The notes under the pieces are model-generated. The model ran no database searches. It saw nothing but the letters and a program-made list of their open reading frames with translations, and was not told the origin of the DNA. The position numbers and the translations under genes are program-made. Positions 18,200-38,943 of a stretch of DNA of 64,000 nucleotides are shown here, in pieces; position 1 is the first letter of the stretch; each line of letters starts with the position of its first letter. The stretch is from the human T2T-CHM13v2.0 reference genome, Homo sapiens: the NCBI RefSeq assembly GCF_009914755.1, contig NC_060936.1; one strand, 5' to 3'.

Positions 18200-18760
18200 T
18201 TGAATAGCCCCATGGAGCAAATGTAAATCGGATCATATCACCCTCCTGCTTAAAATCCATCATTGACTTCCTGCTTCACTCAGAATTAAGTTCCAGCTGC
18301 TTCACAGAGCATGTAAAACCTTAAAAGATCTGGCCCTTGCTTTCCTCATTAGCTTCTTCTCTATTTCCCCCACCTGCTTTGGACCCTGCTCTTCCTACTG
18401 ATGTTCTAGCCGAAAGAGACTTGTTTGCTCCTTACAGATTCCATGCTTTTTTTGTACTCTGGATCCTCTCACGGTTGTTCCTGCTGCCTGGAGTCACCTC
18501 ACTAATTGCTATTGATCTCTGGATTTTAGTTTAAATGCCATCTCTTCTGAGAAGTTGTCGCTGAACCTTCCAGGTCTGGGTTCAGGCTTCCTATGCGCTC
18601 TGAACTCCTTTTATTGTAGAATTTATCCCAACAATTTCATATTATTGCTATGCCTTCCTGTTAGGACTCCGGACTCCAGAGGGCCAGCACCCATTCTTAT
18701 CTTGCTCATCATTTGACCCCAAATGTCTAACATTGTAATAAATGTTCACTGGAAGAAATA
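18200..18760 (+). mobile_element. L2 fragment
   Basis: TCGGATCATATCACCCTCCTGCTTAAAA...TAAATGCCATCTCTTCTGAGAAG...AATAAATGTT. Confidence 0.7.
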
Positions 18761-19791
18761 ATGACATTGATATAGACATTCATATACATCTATGCGTATG
18801 TAAGTATATACACACAGAGATACATATGAGAGAGTGAACAGATGAGAATCAGAAAAAGGGGAAGATTTGGGACATGGTTAAAATTAGAATGATGTCATCT
18901 CAAGTTTCCAAATAGGAACACTGGTATAGGAGGAGATCATTTAAAAATCTGGTAGCCTGGTGGAAGGGAGGTAGCAGAACCAATGCTGATTGGGACAGGA
19001 GATTATTTCACAAATAATTCATAACCTAGGTTTCTTAGAAATAAAGGTTCAGAAAAAAGCTATACCTTTACAACACAAAGGAAACAACCCTCCATGCCCC
19101 TGAATCCATCAACAGAGCAAAGAGACTCCTCTTTCTTGCCACTATGGGAGACAAGGTATTTGAGAAGAATATTTGATCCCAAGGCCATTACAAAAAATAA
19201 TGAGGCTGCACCCAGCACTTTTTTTCACCTATCAGTGCCCCTTACCTACCACGGATGCTGCCTCCTCATTCCTACAGAGCCCCACCTGTTTCATAAATGA
19301 TGACCAACCTGTCCTGAGTCATAGCTGCTCAGTCACTTCATTTGTGCTGTAATTGCGGGGCATCTGCGTAGGGGTGTTTTCCGCCCTGTTCAGCTAATGC
19401 AGTGGTCCCTGGGGGTGGAGCTAGTCCAGGCAGGGGTGCCCCGAAAAAGGCAGTGAGTGACCAGCCAGGGCATGGTGTGAAGGGATGCATCTCAAGAAGC
19501 CGGTTTTCACCCATGCCATAATAAACAGAAGGGCTTATTCATTTATTCATGTATTGATTCTTTTGCAATCCCTACTAAAAGGGGTTGTAAAGTTAAATTC
19601 CTGCAGGGAGTTGGTGTAATATACGAAGAGTAATGAATGAAGAGAAGTGTGTGTCAAACTAGAGAGTAAATGTCCCCTCTAAAGAAGACAGCTGCTTTTC
19701 AAGTTTAGACAATTGTTTCTCTGGGATAGATGTGTATTACTGCATTCCAGATGTGCTGTTTCCCCTCCTGAAGAGGGATTACATCCCATTA

Positions 19792-20199
<408 letters not shown>

Positions 20200-20543
20200 T
20201 TAGAACTCAGGCAATGGGAGCAGAGCCCCGGCCTCCTACAGTGGACATGGAGTGTGAGTGAGAAATCCATCTGAGTTTTTGAGATTGTTACTGCAGCATT
20301 GCTCACCTATCCTGACAGTTGTGCAGTCATTTCAGATCTTTGGATTCTTTTCTTTCAAGAGAAGCCAGAAATTCAGATTTTTAAAAATATATATATATAT
20401 TTTAAGTTTTATAATGAATTCAAATTGTAGGAAAAAAACATCTGGAGGGCAGGTCAAAAAAAATATGTATGGGCCATTGGTTTCCTACCTCTGTCCTAGG
20501 TACTAGATAACATGGTGAAAAACTAAAACAGACACACTCCTTA

Positions 20544-20890
<347 letters not shown>

Positions 20891-21634
20891 AGAAACACAA
20901 AAACAATAATTTATTCTTGTGACAAACACTGCAAAGCAGTGGTACAGGATACAATGAGAGCTATATGAAGTGTATTAAGCTAGAGATGGGTCAGGAAAGA
21001 CTTCACCGGGAGACAAGAAGGACTTAGCCAGATGAAGGAATAGCAGTGGGATTGGGAGCAGGTGATGATGGGCCAGGTGAAGGGCCCTGAGTGGGGAAGT
21101 AGGGACTCTGATCTTTACCCTAACAATGAATTTGAGGAGCTCCAAGTTTAGTGTAGCTGGAATTCCAAGTAAAAGAGATGTGGCTTGAGTGCTAAATCTT
21201 TGTAGGCCATGGAGAATAGTCTGGACTTTAGCCTAAGAGTAATAGGGAGGCATTGAATGATTCTTAGCAAGAGAATGTTGTATCTGAAGTGGTGGAAAAG
21301 TGACATTTATTTAATCATCTATTCTTTTATTGATTTATTAAACATATCTTTGAGTGTCCACTCTGTGGCAGGAATTGTTCTTATTACAGGAAATGCAAAG
21401 ATAAATCCAACCCTCAAGGAACTCAGCTTTACTTGAAAGGTGGATGACACATAGACACAGCTATAAATAAAAGTAGAAAGTGGTGTATTCCATCATTCAT
21501 TCCTTCACTTATCTATGCAACCAATGTTTATTGAGCACTTACACATATGTGCCAGGTACTCTTTGTATATCTTGGTTGTATGTTGAACAAGACATCAATG
21601 AATCTTACAATTTGGGTCATTTCATAAAACAAAG

Positions 21635-21725
21635 TTTCTTTCTTTTTCCTTCCTTCCTTCCTTCCATCCTCCCTCCCTCTCTCTCTCTGTTTCTCTCTCT
21701 TTCTTTCTTTCTCTCTTTCTCTTTT
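21635..21725. repeat. (TTCC)n/(CT)n polypyrimidine tract
   Basis: Direct inspection. Confidence 0.9.
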
Positions 21726-21828
21726 ATAATGCTTTTTTTTGTGGGACAATGTCTTATTATCTCTATTTGCCAGAAATCTTTTTATTGTAGCTACATGTAT
21801 GTCATTTTTTTCTCTTGCAGTGATTACT

Positions 21829-22106
<278 letters not shown>

Positions 22107-22919
22107 AGTTTCCTTATTTCTAAAATGGGATATGTATCCACACCACAAAATTGTTGTAATGCTTTCATGACAGAAAGTGCTCAGCATAATGTCCGGAAGA
22201 TAAGTACTCCATAAAAGGCAGCTATTGTATTATTATTATTACCATTTTATTTACCAGAAGGAAAAGAATTCCTAAGATCAATATAATTAGATATGTTGGA
22301 TATAGAAGGAGTCAAGCCAGGGGAATATGTGAGTGGCTCCCAGAGAGGCTAGAATCGATCAGGAGTAGCAGGTGTATATGTGTGTGTGCACCTGCTGGGG
22401 GAGTCATTATAGCATTTCTTGGACAGTAGAAATATCAATATTATGATTGAGAGGTAATATTACTTTCCCTCAGCTAAGAGAGGAAAGGAAAACACAGAGA
22501 ATGAGATTGAATGGTAAAGCTGATGCATGAAGAGATTTAAAGGGAACACAGGAAGTAGATATGCAACCATTTCCTGTGTGATTCAGAATGTCTGGTCATT
22601 TGGAGTGCATAACCATTAGCAGCATGGCCATAATCCTTTCTGAATTAATAAGGTAAAGAGAAAATATAAGAACATGCCATCGAGTTTGTCATCTCTGCCA
22701 AGACCCTGCAACATCAGACTAAGTTAGTTAGGTGAATGTGTACACCTAGGCTGAGTCTAAAGGTACTCTCTGCATTGGAAGTAGGGGCTTCAGATGACAG
22801 CCATTTTACTTGACATTAAAAAGCTGGCAGCCATTTTGACACTGAACAAATTTTCCCAAGTGTTTGTAATAATATGGTGATAGATACTATTTAAAGATGC
22901 TGTATTATAAACCAGTTAT

Positions 22920-22995
22920 AAATATATCATATGTACATACATGTGTATATATATGTATATATAACGTATATATATATGTTAGGGTGATATGTGTG

Positions 22996-23039
<44 letters not shown>

Positions 23040-23046
23040 CACATGC
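22920..23046. repeat. (TA)n/(TG)n compound microsatellite
   Basis: Direct inspection. Confidence 0.9.
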
Positions 23047-23074
23047 ACAATACTTTACTAAGACATATAGAACA

Positions 23075-24015
23075 CCACTGTCCAATAGGCATATAATGAC
23101 CACCACATATGTAATTTTAAATTTTCTAGTAGCCACATTATAAAAAAGTTAAAAGGAGCATGTGAAATTAATTTTAATAATGTTTTCTTTAACTCAGTAT
23201 ATCCAAAATAAAATGTTATCATTTCAACATGCACTCAATCTAAAAAATTATTATTATTATTATTTTTAGATGGGGTCTCATACTGTCACTTAGACTGGAG
23301 TGCAGTGGCGAGATCTTGCAACCTCCACTTGCAACCTCCACCTCCCAGGTTCACGTGATTCTCCTGCCTCAGCCTCCCTAGTAGCTGGGATTACTGGTGC
23401 ACACCACCACACCCAGCTAATTTTTTATATTTTTAGTAGAGACGGGATTTCACTATGTTGGCCAGACTGGTCTCGAGCTCCTGACCTCGTGATCTGCCTG
23501 CCTCGGCCTCCCAAAGTGCTGGGATTACAGGTGTGAGCCATCGCACCCAGCATAAAAAATTATTAATGATATGGTCTACATTTTTTTTTTTTTGAGACAG
23601 TGTCTCACTCTGTTGCCCAGGCTGGAATGCAGTGGCACTATCTTGGCTCACTGCAACCTCTGCCATCCAGACTCAGGTGATCCTCTGACCTCAGCCTCCT
23701 AAATAGCTGGGGCTACAGGCATGTGCCACCACGCCTGGCTAATTTTTGTATTTTTTTGTAGTGACTGGGTCTTGTTATGTTGTTCAGCCCAGGCTGGTCT
23801 TGAACTCCTGGGCTCAAGTGATCCACCTGCCTCAGCCTCCCAAAGTGTTGTAAGAAACGCGTGAACCGCCAAATCTGGCCCCCTTTTTCCCCACAGTTAG
23901 TCTTTGAAACCCAGTGTGTATTTTATACTCACAGCACATGTCAATTCTGATCAACCATATTTCAAGTGTTCAGTATCCACATGTAGCTAGTTACTACTGT
24001 GTTGAACAGTACAGA
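23075..24015 (+). mobile_element. MER33 with two nested antisense Alus (23248-23551, 23581-23880)
   Basis: CACTGTCCAATAGG...GTAATTTTAAATTTTCTAGTAGCCACATT...GTTGAACAGTACAG. Confidence 0.85.
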
Positions 24016-24024
24016 ATACAGAAT

Positions 24025-24260
24025 GATGACTTTCAAGCATCTTTGACCTAAGTCAGAAATATATGTTTAATCACAACTCAGTACACACATATGCACACAA
24101 AAAAGCAAAAGTGGTATGAAAAAATAATTATACTATGAATCATGCTCCCTGAAATTTTCTTTTTCTGTTCTGTCTCATTCTTTAAAAAAATGCTGATCAT
24201 GACCCACTAAATTGATTTCATGACTATACAAGGTAGAGTCCTGTTTGAAAATGATTGGTA
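24025..24260. mobile_element. Charlie4a-like hAT remnant
   Basis: CATGACCCACTAAATTGATTTCATGAC...GTTTGAAAA. Confidence 0.6.
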
Positions 24261-24741
24261 TGGAAAGTATGTGGGGTTATATCTTGAATAGGAGGTTAAA
24301 TGTTAGTGCTTAAGGCAAAAATTTTGTGTGGCCAAAATTCTCTTAAATTGTCCTGGGTCTTTACAAGGTCAAAAGGCAAGAATTAACTTGTTTCTTTTTG
24401 CATTTTGATTGTGACCTTTCTTTTCCTGAGGCATTGGGGTCAAATTCTAGTGTGACTGGTTTTAAGAGATGCAGGATGAATTTTTTGCTTTTTCATAATC
24501 AAATTCATAAGGTAAATGTGGGTGTGTTGCCAACACCCTGGATATAATATATGTTTAATTGATTTATATATATTATATTTCTATATATGTGTAAGATCTT
24601 ACAGGATACATGGCATGGCATTAGGATAAGGGCAATGAACTGCCCTGAAATTGTATGCAACTTAAAAATATTTATTGCCTTCCAAAGGGTTGTGTTCCAA
24701 GTAAAACTAAGAAAACACATTGGCCTAGTGTGCTTATAACA

Positions 24742-25347
24742 CTGTAGGGAAGAGAAAAAGCTTTCCCTCTACTCTTTTAGGTTCTATAGGTGGGACCCAT
24801 GAGTTAGACTGACAAAAGACAGATTAACAGGAGAAAAGGCAAGCAAGCTTTATCTGATTTTAATATTTTAATTTTTATCCTTTATGTTTTTCACATACAT
24901 AGAGGACTTCATAGCAAAGAAATGAAGATCCAAATAGGTGGTTAAACCTGGGATTTTATATACCATTTTAACAAAAGATGATAAATTTGTGGAGCAGTGA
25001 CAAGAAAAAGGAGAAAGAATTTGGGCTTCTAGGTGTGGTAAATTGTGAGAAGATAAATGGGAAAAACGAATGGAAAATAAGCATTATTTTTGTAAGGTTT
25101 ATTTGCATAGACCCATCTTTGTATCAATTTTATGCCTCCAGTGATAATGGCTGTTTTTCCTCTTTCTGGTATGGGAGAAGGGAGAGAGACGATCTTCACA
25201 AAGGGAAATTTATGTCCTGCTTTTAGGCACAGAGTGGGGAGTTAAAGAGCTCTTTCTGAATTTGCTGCTTCTTAATTCCTTTTAGCTTCAAACAATCCTT
25301 ATGCCAAAATGGCATATTTTGGGTTGGCATATTATGATCCCTTTTAA
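24742..25347 (-). mobile_element. ERV1 solo LTR (MER34/MER31-like group)
   Basis: GACAAAAGACAGATTAACAGGAGAAAAGG; ATCCTTATGCCAAAATGGCATATTTTGGG near the end. Confidence 0.65.
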
Positions 25348-26040
25348 TACTTCACCAATTTGCCACCTTAATTATTTGAATCAATCCTGAGAATCCAAGG
25401 GGAGTTAAGAAAGTTCTCTTAAGAAAAAAAATAAATGTTTTGACATTACCTGGGATTCATTTTTGGAGCCTGTTCATTCTTTGAAAGCAGTATTCAAAAC
25501 CTGTGACTGACGAGAAGCAAAAAATTGATAGAAGCAGGTGGGGACAGGCTCCTTGGCAGTGGGAGATATGTTCAAGGACTACTTGAGGGAAAGAGAGAAG
25601 GCAGATGCCATAGAAATGGGTTCGGGGATACCTGATGTGGCCACACTTCTTTCTTGAAAGCACCCCAGGTCACCTGCTGAAAGGGTGGGATCCCACGATT
25701 TTATGTTCATTCCAAATGCTGCTTCTCTGCTGGTCACAGCTTATTGGACTAGAGTTTGATACTTGATCCTAGTTTAGCCAATCAGAGTCTTTATGCAATC
25801 TGCATAAAGAGAAATATAAGTTAGCCGTTTGGATGCTGGAGCTATTAAGGCAAGGACATGTATGAGGGTCAGGGTTGGTATCATGTCAAGCTAAAGGCTG
25901 GATAGACTTAAGTTATGGGGGAGCAGAAAGGGTGAAATTTATAGAGAAAGCAATTTGCAGAACAATTTAAGAAGTAAAAAGGAGCCAAGAAGATAGAATA
26001 GTATGGGTCAACGTCTTTCTGGGCCCCAACAGGGTAGCCC

Positions 26041-26250
26041 ACTGGTTCTCAACAGGAAGCTATTTTGTCCTCCCTGACCCCCACCAAAGGGACATTTGGA
26101 GATGTCTGGAGATATTTTTGATTGTCACGACTGGTCAGGAGGGATGCTTATTTGCATCCAGTGGGTAGAGACCAGGATGCTGCTTAAACATCCTACAATG
26201 CATAGAACAGCCCCCGCATCAAATAATTATCTGGTCTACATGCTAGCAAC
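26041..26250. mobile_element. MER20
   Basis: GGTTCTCAAC...GCATCCAGTGGGTAGAGACCAGGATGCTGC. Confidence 0.82.
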
Positions 26251-26676
26251 TTGTTAAGCACTTTACAGGGTTTATCATATTGAACCTTCAAAACCAACCT
26301 CCGGAGGCAGGAGTTATTGTTAGGTCATTTTATAGATAGAGACACTGAGGCTTAGAGACTGAGTTAAATTGCCCAAGACAGGACTCGAGGTCACGGATCC
26401 AGAAAATCTGGCTACAGAGCATAAGCTCTTAACCATTATGTGTAGGGACTAAGGCCAAGAAACTATAAGAAGCAGCACAGCCCAAAAGACCCAGTAGCTT
26501 TGGGAGGGGAGTATTTAGTTTAGGAGTGAAAACTTTGCACACTTCAATAGCAACAGAAGAGAATACTATTTTAGAGTCCAGTAACCATAATAACAATAAT
26601 TAATATTTTCAAGTGTTTACTGTGTCTAATACTTCTATGCTTTATAAATATTGGCCTATGAGTCTGACTTTATTAA

Positions 26677-26991
<315 letters not shown>

Positions 26992-27389
26992 TAACAGATG
27001 AGGAAAACAAGGTGCAAGTAGTCAAGTAGCTTGCTCAATGTCACAGAGCTTGTCAATGGCAGTTGAGATTTTATTCCAGATGATCTGGATCAATGTCTAT
27101 GTATTTTTCCCATCATGCTAGGCTACCTCTCAGTAGAGTGAGAAGAAACATTTATAGTGTTGAACGTTAAGTCAAGGTCCTTGTGTTTTAAAAGATGGGA
27201 ATTAAAAGAAGGGATGTGGGAAAGGAGAAAACCAGCGTGAACATAGATTTAAAGGTATGAAGATTCAGATTCCAGATCAGGAGGTCCATGAATGTGGCTG
27301 TATCTGGGATGGGGTTTGGGGTATGGAGGCCTCGGATGTTTGGCTTCAGCCTAAAATGGCAAAATGGCGCTAAAGTGAATGCTGAAATC

Positions 27390-28114
<725 letters not shown>

Positions 28115-29409
28115 ACATTCAAGGTAAAAGTTGGAGCCTTATTCTATTGGTTTAGAAGAGCCTAAGTTTTTTGAGCAGAAGGATAAAGAGATTATATTAT
28201 GTATGTTAGAAAGAGCTCCCTGAGAGTGCAGAGCACACATGGGGACAGGAAGGAAGTGGAGCAGGGAGACTGGCCAGATGACACTGACATTGTCAGAGGG
28301 AAGAGTATGGGAAGGATTTGAGAAACGTTTCAGAGGTGGAAAGGTTTGGCTCAGGAAGTGCCTGGATTTAGGGATAAGAAAGAGAAAGGAGGTGAAAGTG
28401 AAGGTAAGATTCTAGTTGGGGCACTAGGTGGTTGGTGAATCTGGGAAAGGAATAATGCAAAAGACACTCATTACGATTGTAATAAAAAATAAAAACAATA
28501 CAACTTATCTTTTGAACATGATCATATGGAGTAAAATTCTCCAATTCTGGTAATTAGGATCCCTAGAAGAAACCTACTTTTATCAAAGACCTAAAAATAT
28601 GCTTTTACAAAAATATGTGTGCATTAATCTTGGATCATGTTGTCGTGTGCCTTCTTTTTAACTACAACATATTGTATGCATCTTTCCAAACCAATTCATA
28701 TAAATTTACAACAGTATTAATGGCTGTATAGTATTCTACTGTGTGGATGGTATGAAGATTCATGTAGCTGGCTATTGACAGAACTTTGGGTTGTTTTTCA
28801 TTTTTTTTCTTTCTGTTATTACCATCAAAGCAAGAAATGACTTTGTATATCTTTGGCTTTTTAGTGCTAGTCAATTTATAAGGGTAAAACTTTTAGAGTA
28901 GCATTGCTGGGTCAAAGGCTAAGCACATTTAAAATTTTGATAAGTTCTTCCAAATTGCCAGAAGGCCAGATTTTTAGGATAGGGTAATGAGTTCTGTTTC
29001 GGTCAAGTAAGGTCCAGGTGCCAAAGGCCTAAGGTCACTATGAATACCCCCAAATCAATTAGTAACACAGGTTGCAACTCTGAAGAGAAGTAACAACAGG
29101 AGAGGTGCCAGAATCAGAGGTATGAGAACCCTAAAGCTCATAATGATTTAAGATAAATAAACTATGCTTCAAATGTAAATACAGCTACACTAGACACATT
29201 AATTATCAAAGGTTCTCAATGTACTGTGAAAGTGTATATACAACACATAAAAACACAATCCCATCTCAACTTTACCATAAAACTAATACGTTAGCTATGA
29301 TAAATATTAATTACACATTCATATAATAATCTTTTTTTGCTTCCTTAAATTTGGAAGTGCTTTTGGAGGATGATTTGAATTCCTTAGATTTCTTAAAAGC
29401 ATTTACAAG

Positions 29410-30945
<1,536 letters not shown>

Positions 30946-31423
30946 AAGGAAGTTTCCACTATCTTTAACTGGCTAGTCCCTACTGATCCATCATACTTCA
31001 GCTTTAGCCTCATTTCCTAAGGAGTCTTTCCTGATCCACCCTCCTCCCAACCCAAATAAATAGGCCAAGTCGTCTTGTTATACAGCCCTTAACAACTTCT
31101 GCTGCTTCTTTGCAGCACTCATCACAATTGTCATTGCTTAATTGTGCAATGAGTCATCTAACACCTGTCTCATCAGCGCACATGTAAACTCCAGGAGAGG
31201 AGGGAGTGTGTCCATCTTTTTCATTTCAGTATTCTCAGTGACTCACACAGCAATGAACACCAGGTTGATGCTCAAAATTAGAATTTGACGAGGGAATATC
31301 GGATGAACACAAGACAGTGAGCTTCTTGTGTTCACTTATTGTGCCCATTTATGTCTGTACTCGAGGGGCTATCACAGTGCTCGGCATATAGTAGGTGCTG
31401 AATAAATATTTGCACAATGGGTT

Positions 31424-32805
31424 GTGATAGCTAATTTTATGGATCAACTTGACTGGACCACAAGATGCCCATATAGCTGGTTAAACATTACTTCTGGGTA
31501 TGTCTGTGAGGGTGTTTCTGGAAGAGATTAGCATTTGTTTTTAGTTATGAAATTATGGCAGTTTTTAATTACTTTTTATTTCAATAGGTTTTTGGGAAAC
31601 AGGTGGTGTTTGGTTACATGGGTAAGTTCTTCAGTGGTGATTTCTGAGATGGTGTACTCATCACCCAAGTGGTGTACATTGTACCCAATGTGTAGTCTTT
31701 TATCCCTTATCCCCTCATCTGACCCTTTCCCCTGCATCCCCAAAGTCCATTGTATCATTCTTATGCCTTTGTGTCCTCATAGCTTAGCTCCCACTTACAA
31801 GTGAGAACATACGATGTTTGGTTTTCCATTCCTGCATTGCTTCACTTAGAATAATGGTCTCCAATTCCATGCAGGTTGCTACAAATGCCATTATTTCATT
31901 TCTTTTTATGGCTGAGTAGTATTCCATTGTATGTATATACAACATTATGTTTATCTACTTGTTGACTGATGGGCGTTTGGGCTGAATTGGTTGACTGAGT
32001 AAAGCAGATGGCCTTCCTCAAAGTGGGTAGGTATCCTCTAATCCATGAGGGCCTGAATAGAACAAGGAGACACAGGAAGGTTGAATTAAATCTGCCTGAT
32101 GGCTTGAGTTGGGGCATTAATCTTCTGACGTCCATGCTCCTGGTTCTTAGACCTTCAGATCTACTGGAATGGATATCACTAGCTCTCTAGCTCTCAACTA
32201 CACCATTAGCTTTCTGGGGTCTCTAGTTTGCAGATGGCAGCCCATGGGATTTCTTAGCCTCTATGATTGCAGGAGTCAATACCCTATAATAAATCTCTTC
32301 TGGGCCGGGCGCGGTGGCTCATGCCTGTAATCCCAGCACTTTGGGAGGCTGAGGTGGGCGGATCATGAGGTCAGGAGTTCGAGACCAGCCTGACTAACAT
32401 GGTGAAACCCCATCTCTACTAAAAATACAAAAATTAGCTGAGCGTGGTGGATGTGCACCTGTAATCTCAGCTACTCAGGAGGCTGAGGCAGGAGAATTGC
32501 TTGAACCCGGGAGGCGGAGGTGCTGTGAGCCGAGATAGTGCCACTGCACTCCAGCCTGGGCGACAGAGGGAGATTCCGTCTGAAAAAAATAAAAAAATTA
32601 AAAAAAAAATAAATAACTCTCTTCCTATATATCTGCATCTGTATCTGTGTCGACATCTACCTATGTCTATGTCTATGTAAATATGTATATTTATATATCT
32701 ACATACATATATGGATCTATATATAGATTATACATAGATATACAGAAATATAAAAGTGTGTGTATGTATTCTATTCATTCCGTTTCTCTGGAGAACTCTA
32801 AGATG
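31424..32805 (+). mobile_element. MLT2 LTR with nested antisense L1P 3' end (~31560-31985), AluS (32303-32613) and a TA-rich repeat
   Basis: TGTGATAGCTAATTTTATGGATCAACTTGACTGG...GTTTCTCTGGAGAACTCT. Confidence 0.82.
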
Positions 32806-33391
32806 TGGGTTAATGACCTAATTCTTTTCCATTCATTTAATTCTGTTCAAGAAATCATTCCAGTGGCTTCAGAGTCAAATAATTGAGTATATTCAGTGCA
32901 AATATGTTGGTGGCAGAGGCTTAGATGTGTAGAGAAGTTAGCTGAAAACCATTTTGAAAAGTAAGATTTGACCCAAATTTTCTCCACTTTGCCTCACATA
33001 CCTTTTTATCTTATTGGAAGCTCTGCAGAGTCTCAGATCAAATAAAGGCCCTCAAGAAACCAGTGACAGCTATCAGAGCCCTGCACACTTCATTGGAAAG
33101 CACATAAACACAATTACTAGCTCATTAAGGACTAAAACAGAGGCTTTGAAGTAACATGTGTGGAATTGCTTAGTTAGGCATGAACAGTGTCCTACACATG
33201 GCAGCGCCTCCCTGCTGGAAGCCACCTAGGAAAAGACAAAGGACTGTGGCAGGAATGAGGAAATCTGAAAATGCTAGGTTCTATTCACAATTCTAACACC
33301 CTTTAGCTGTTGCCCTTGGGCAATAAATTAATCTGGACTCTCTGGGCCTCAATTTCCTCACCTGTAAAATAGGGTATTGAGAACTGATTGC

Positions 33392-34016
<625 letters not shown>

Positions 34017-34032
34017 TTAATTATTTACCCTT

Positions 34033-34750
<718 letters not shown>

Positions 34751-35250
34751 CTCTCCCATCTCCAGAGCCTTTGCAGTTCCTTTCATAAAAGAGGTGGAGC
34801 CGATTTCCCCATCCTTTGAATTTGTGTTGGACTTGTGACTTGCCTTGGCCAATGGGATATCAGCAGAGGTGGGGCAAACAGAAGCCTGAAAAAGTGCTTG
34901 TAAATTTCTGCTTTCACTCCAGTTCCTCTGCAATTGCCATGGGAAAATTACCAGGCTAGCATGTCAGACGGTGAGAGGCCAGTCTTGTGGAGCCAAGTTG
35001 TCCCAGTCATGATCCAAGCTAGGGCCATCCTAGATCAGCCAACAGCTAGACAACCACCAGACATGTGAGTGATTCAATCAAGATCAGCAGAGCTGCCTGG
35101 AGAGGCTGCAGTTAACCACATATGTGTGAGCAAGGCAGCTAGATCAGATAAGCCCAGATCAGCTGAAACCCATGTAAATGTATACTGTGCTGTACCCTGA
35201 TGATTTTGTGTTGTTTTGCAGCATTATTGGGGGCAATATATGACTAATAC
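34751..35250 (+). mobile_element. MLT1E/F-like LTR
   Basis: AAGAGGTGGAGCCGATTTCCCCATCCTTTGAAT...GACTAATACA. Confidence 0.7.
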
Positions 35251-35839
35251 AGGATTAGCAATACTTACTGAGTTGTGAGGACCTGTAAGAAAGGTCACAG
35301 CACTTTTAGTAAGTGTTAAATGAATTATGGCCATGGTATTACAATATTTCACAAATTCTTGAGTACTCTGTAGAAATAATGAGTCACCAATATACAATAA
35401 CACGCTATGTAGCAATAATGATAAGGCGGTTAGAATGAACCAAGCTAACAAATTGGGCACAGGCTATAATGTATAAATCTGAGCCTAGACTCATGCACAT
35501 AAACCATTAATAGTATTAAATGTTGGCTCTGTGCAGATTCTTAGGGACCACTTTGAGAAAACAAGGCTCAAGGAAACAAAATGACTTGCTCCAGGCCACA
35601 TAGGTAGTAAGTGGCAGAGCTTTCACCAGAGTTTGAGATACTCATAATTTGCCTAACATGGGAAACATGGTGTCTGGGTCCATTTGGCAGTATTATAACA
35701 AGACCACAGGCTGGCTAATTTATAAAGAAAAGAAATCTATTTCTTAGTTCTGAAGGCTGGGAAGTCCAAGGCTGAGGGATTGTATCTGGTGAGAACCTTC
35801 TTGTTGCCTCATAACATGGCAGAGGGCATCACATGGTGA

Positions 35840-36343
<504 letters not shown>

Positions 36344-36620
36344 TGTTGGTTACTTTTTATTCTTCCCTATGGGTCAGGCTCTGTATGACTACACTAAACC
36401 CATGGGTGGACACCAATCATTCTGCTTCATCAATCATGATAATGGCACACAATTACATAAAGCTTATTAGATGCCGATACTGTCCTAAATGCTTTACACG
36501 TATTAACTCATTTAGTCTTCACAAAAACCCTATGAGGTATGTAGCATTATTACCCCCTTTTACACATGAGGAAACCGAGGCACAAGGAGGTCACAGGAAT
36601 GCATGAATATTAGGTGATAG

Positions 36621-37560
<940 letters not shown>

Positions 37561-37572
37561 TTGTTTAGGTGC

Positions 37573-37986
37573 TGATATGGTTTGGGTCTGTGTCCCCACC
37601 CAAATCTCATGTTGAGTTGGAATCCCCGATGTTTAAGGTGGGGCCTGGTGGGAGGTGATTGGATCACGGGGCTGGGTTTCTTATGAATGCTTTAGCACCA
37701 TCTCCTTGATGCTGTCCTCATGATAATGACTGAGTCCTCGAGATGCGGTTGTTTAAAAGTGTGTAGCGCCTCCCCCACGCTCTCTTGTGCTTGCTTTTGA
37801 CGTGTGAAGTGCCTGTTCCCACTCTGCCTTCTGCCATGAGTAAAAACTCCCTGAGGCCTCCCCAGAAGCGGATGTCATCATGCTTCCTATACAGCCTGCA
37901 GAACCATGAGCCAATTAAATCTCTTTTCTCTACAAATTACCCAGTCTCAGGTACTTCTTATAGCAGTGTGAGAACAAACTAATACA
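37573..37986 (+). mobile_element. MST solo LTR
   Basis: TGATATGGTTTGG...ACTAATACA; TSD GGTGC. Confidence 0.92.
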
Positions 37987-38053
37987 GGTGCTAACATCAG
38001 ATAATCCCAGTGTCTTTTAGCATTTACATATAAAATTGATTTTTGAAAATGTT

Positions 38054-38360
<307 letters not shown>

Positions 38361-38454
38361 TGTTATATGTATATATATTTGCAGGTTATATTATCTCTGA
38401 ATTTCATTTCAGCATACTAAAAGGCACATTACAATATATGTTATAAAAGGGCAG

Positions 38455-38943
38455 GTAAAATGGATCATAGCTTCCAATTCTTCATTCTCTCCCTTAATGA
38501 AATTATTAATACACATCAACACCCTTTGCTGTGTGACCTCGCAGTACCTCCCACTAGAGCTGGTGGAGACTATTTCTCTGCCTCATTGATTTTGGGCCTG
38601 GCCATGAGACTTGGCTTTAGCTAGTGGAATGAGGGCTAAGTGGAAATGTGACAGGCTTGAGCCTGGCCCTTAAGAGGCATCATGTCTTTCCATTAGTCCT
38701 CTTGCATTCCTGCTATTTGCTATGAGAAAAAAATGCTTTGGAAGGCTGTTGGTCTGAGGAGAATGGGAAGACCCTTGGAATAGACCAAAACCCACCCTGA
38801 AACCTGGTGTCAAGCCCATGGGATCCCAGATGAGCTCAGCAAAACCATAGCCAACCACAGACTCATGAGTAAAAAAAAAATATTCATTTTTGTAAGTCAT
38901 TGAAGTATTGAGATTGTTACACACCAGAAACTGACTGATACAA
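38455..38943 (+). mobile_element. MLT1G/H-like LTR
   Basis: CCTTTGCTGTGTGACCTCGCAGTACCTCCCACTAGAG...CTGACTGATACA. Confidence 0.7.

Noticed and set aside
33198-33217. CTCF site CCAGCAGGGAGGCGCTG (minus)
   Set aside because: Needs a 1-nt gap in the core relative to consensus; not supportable without ChIP data
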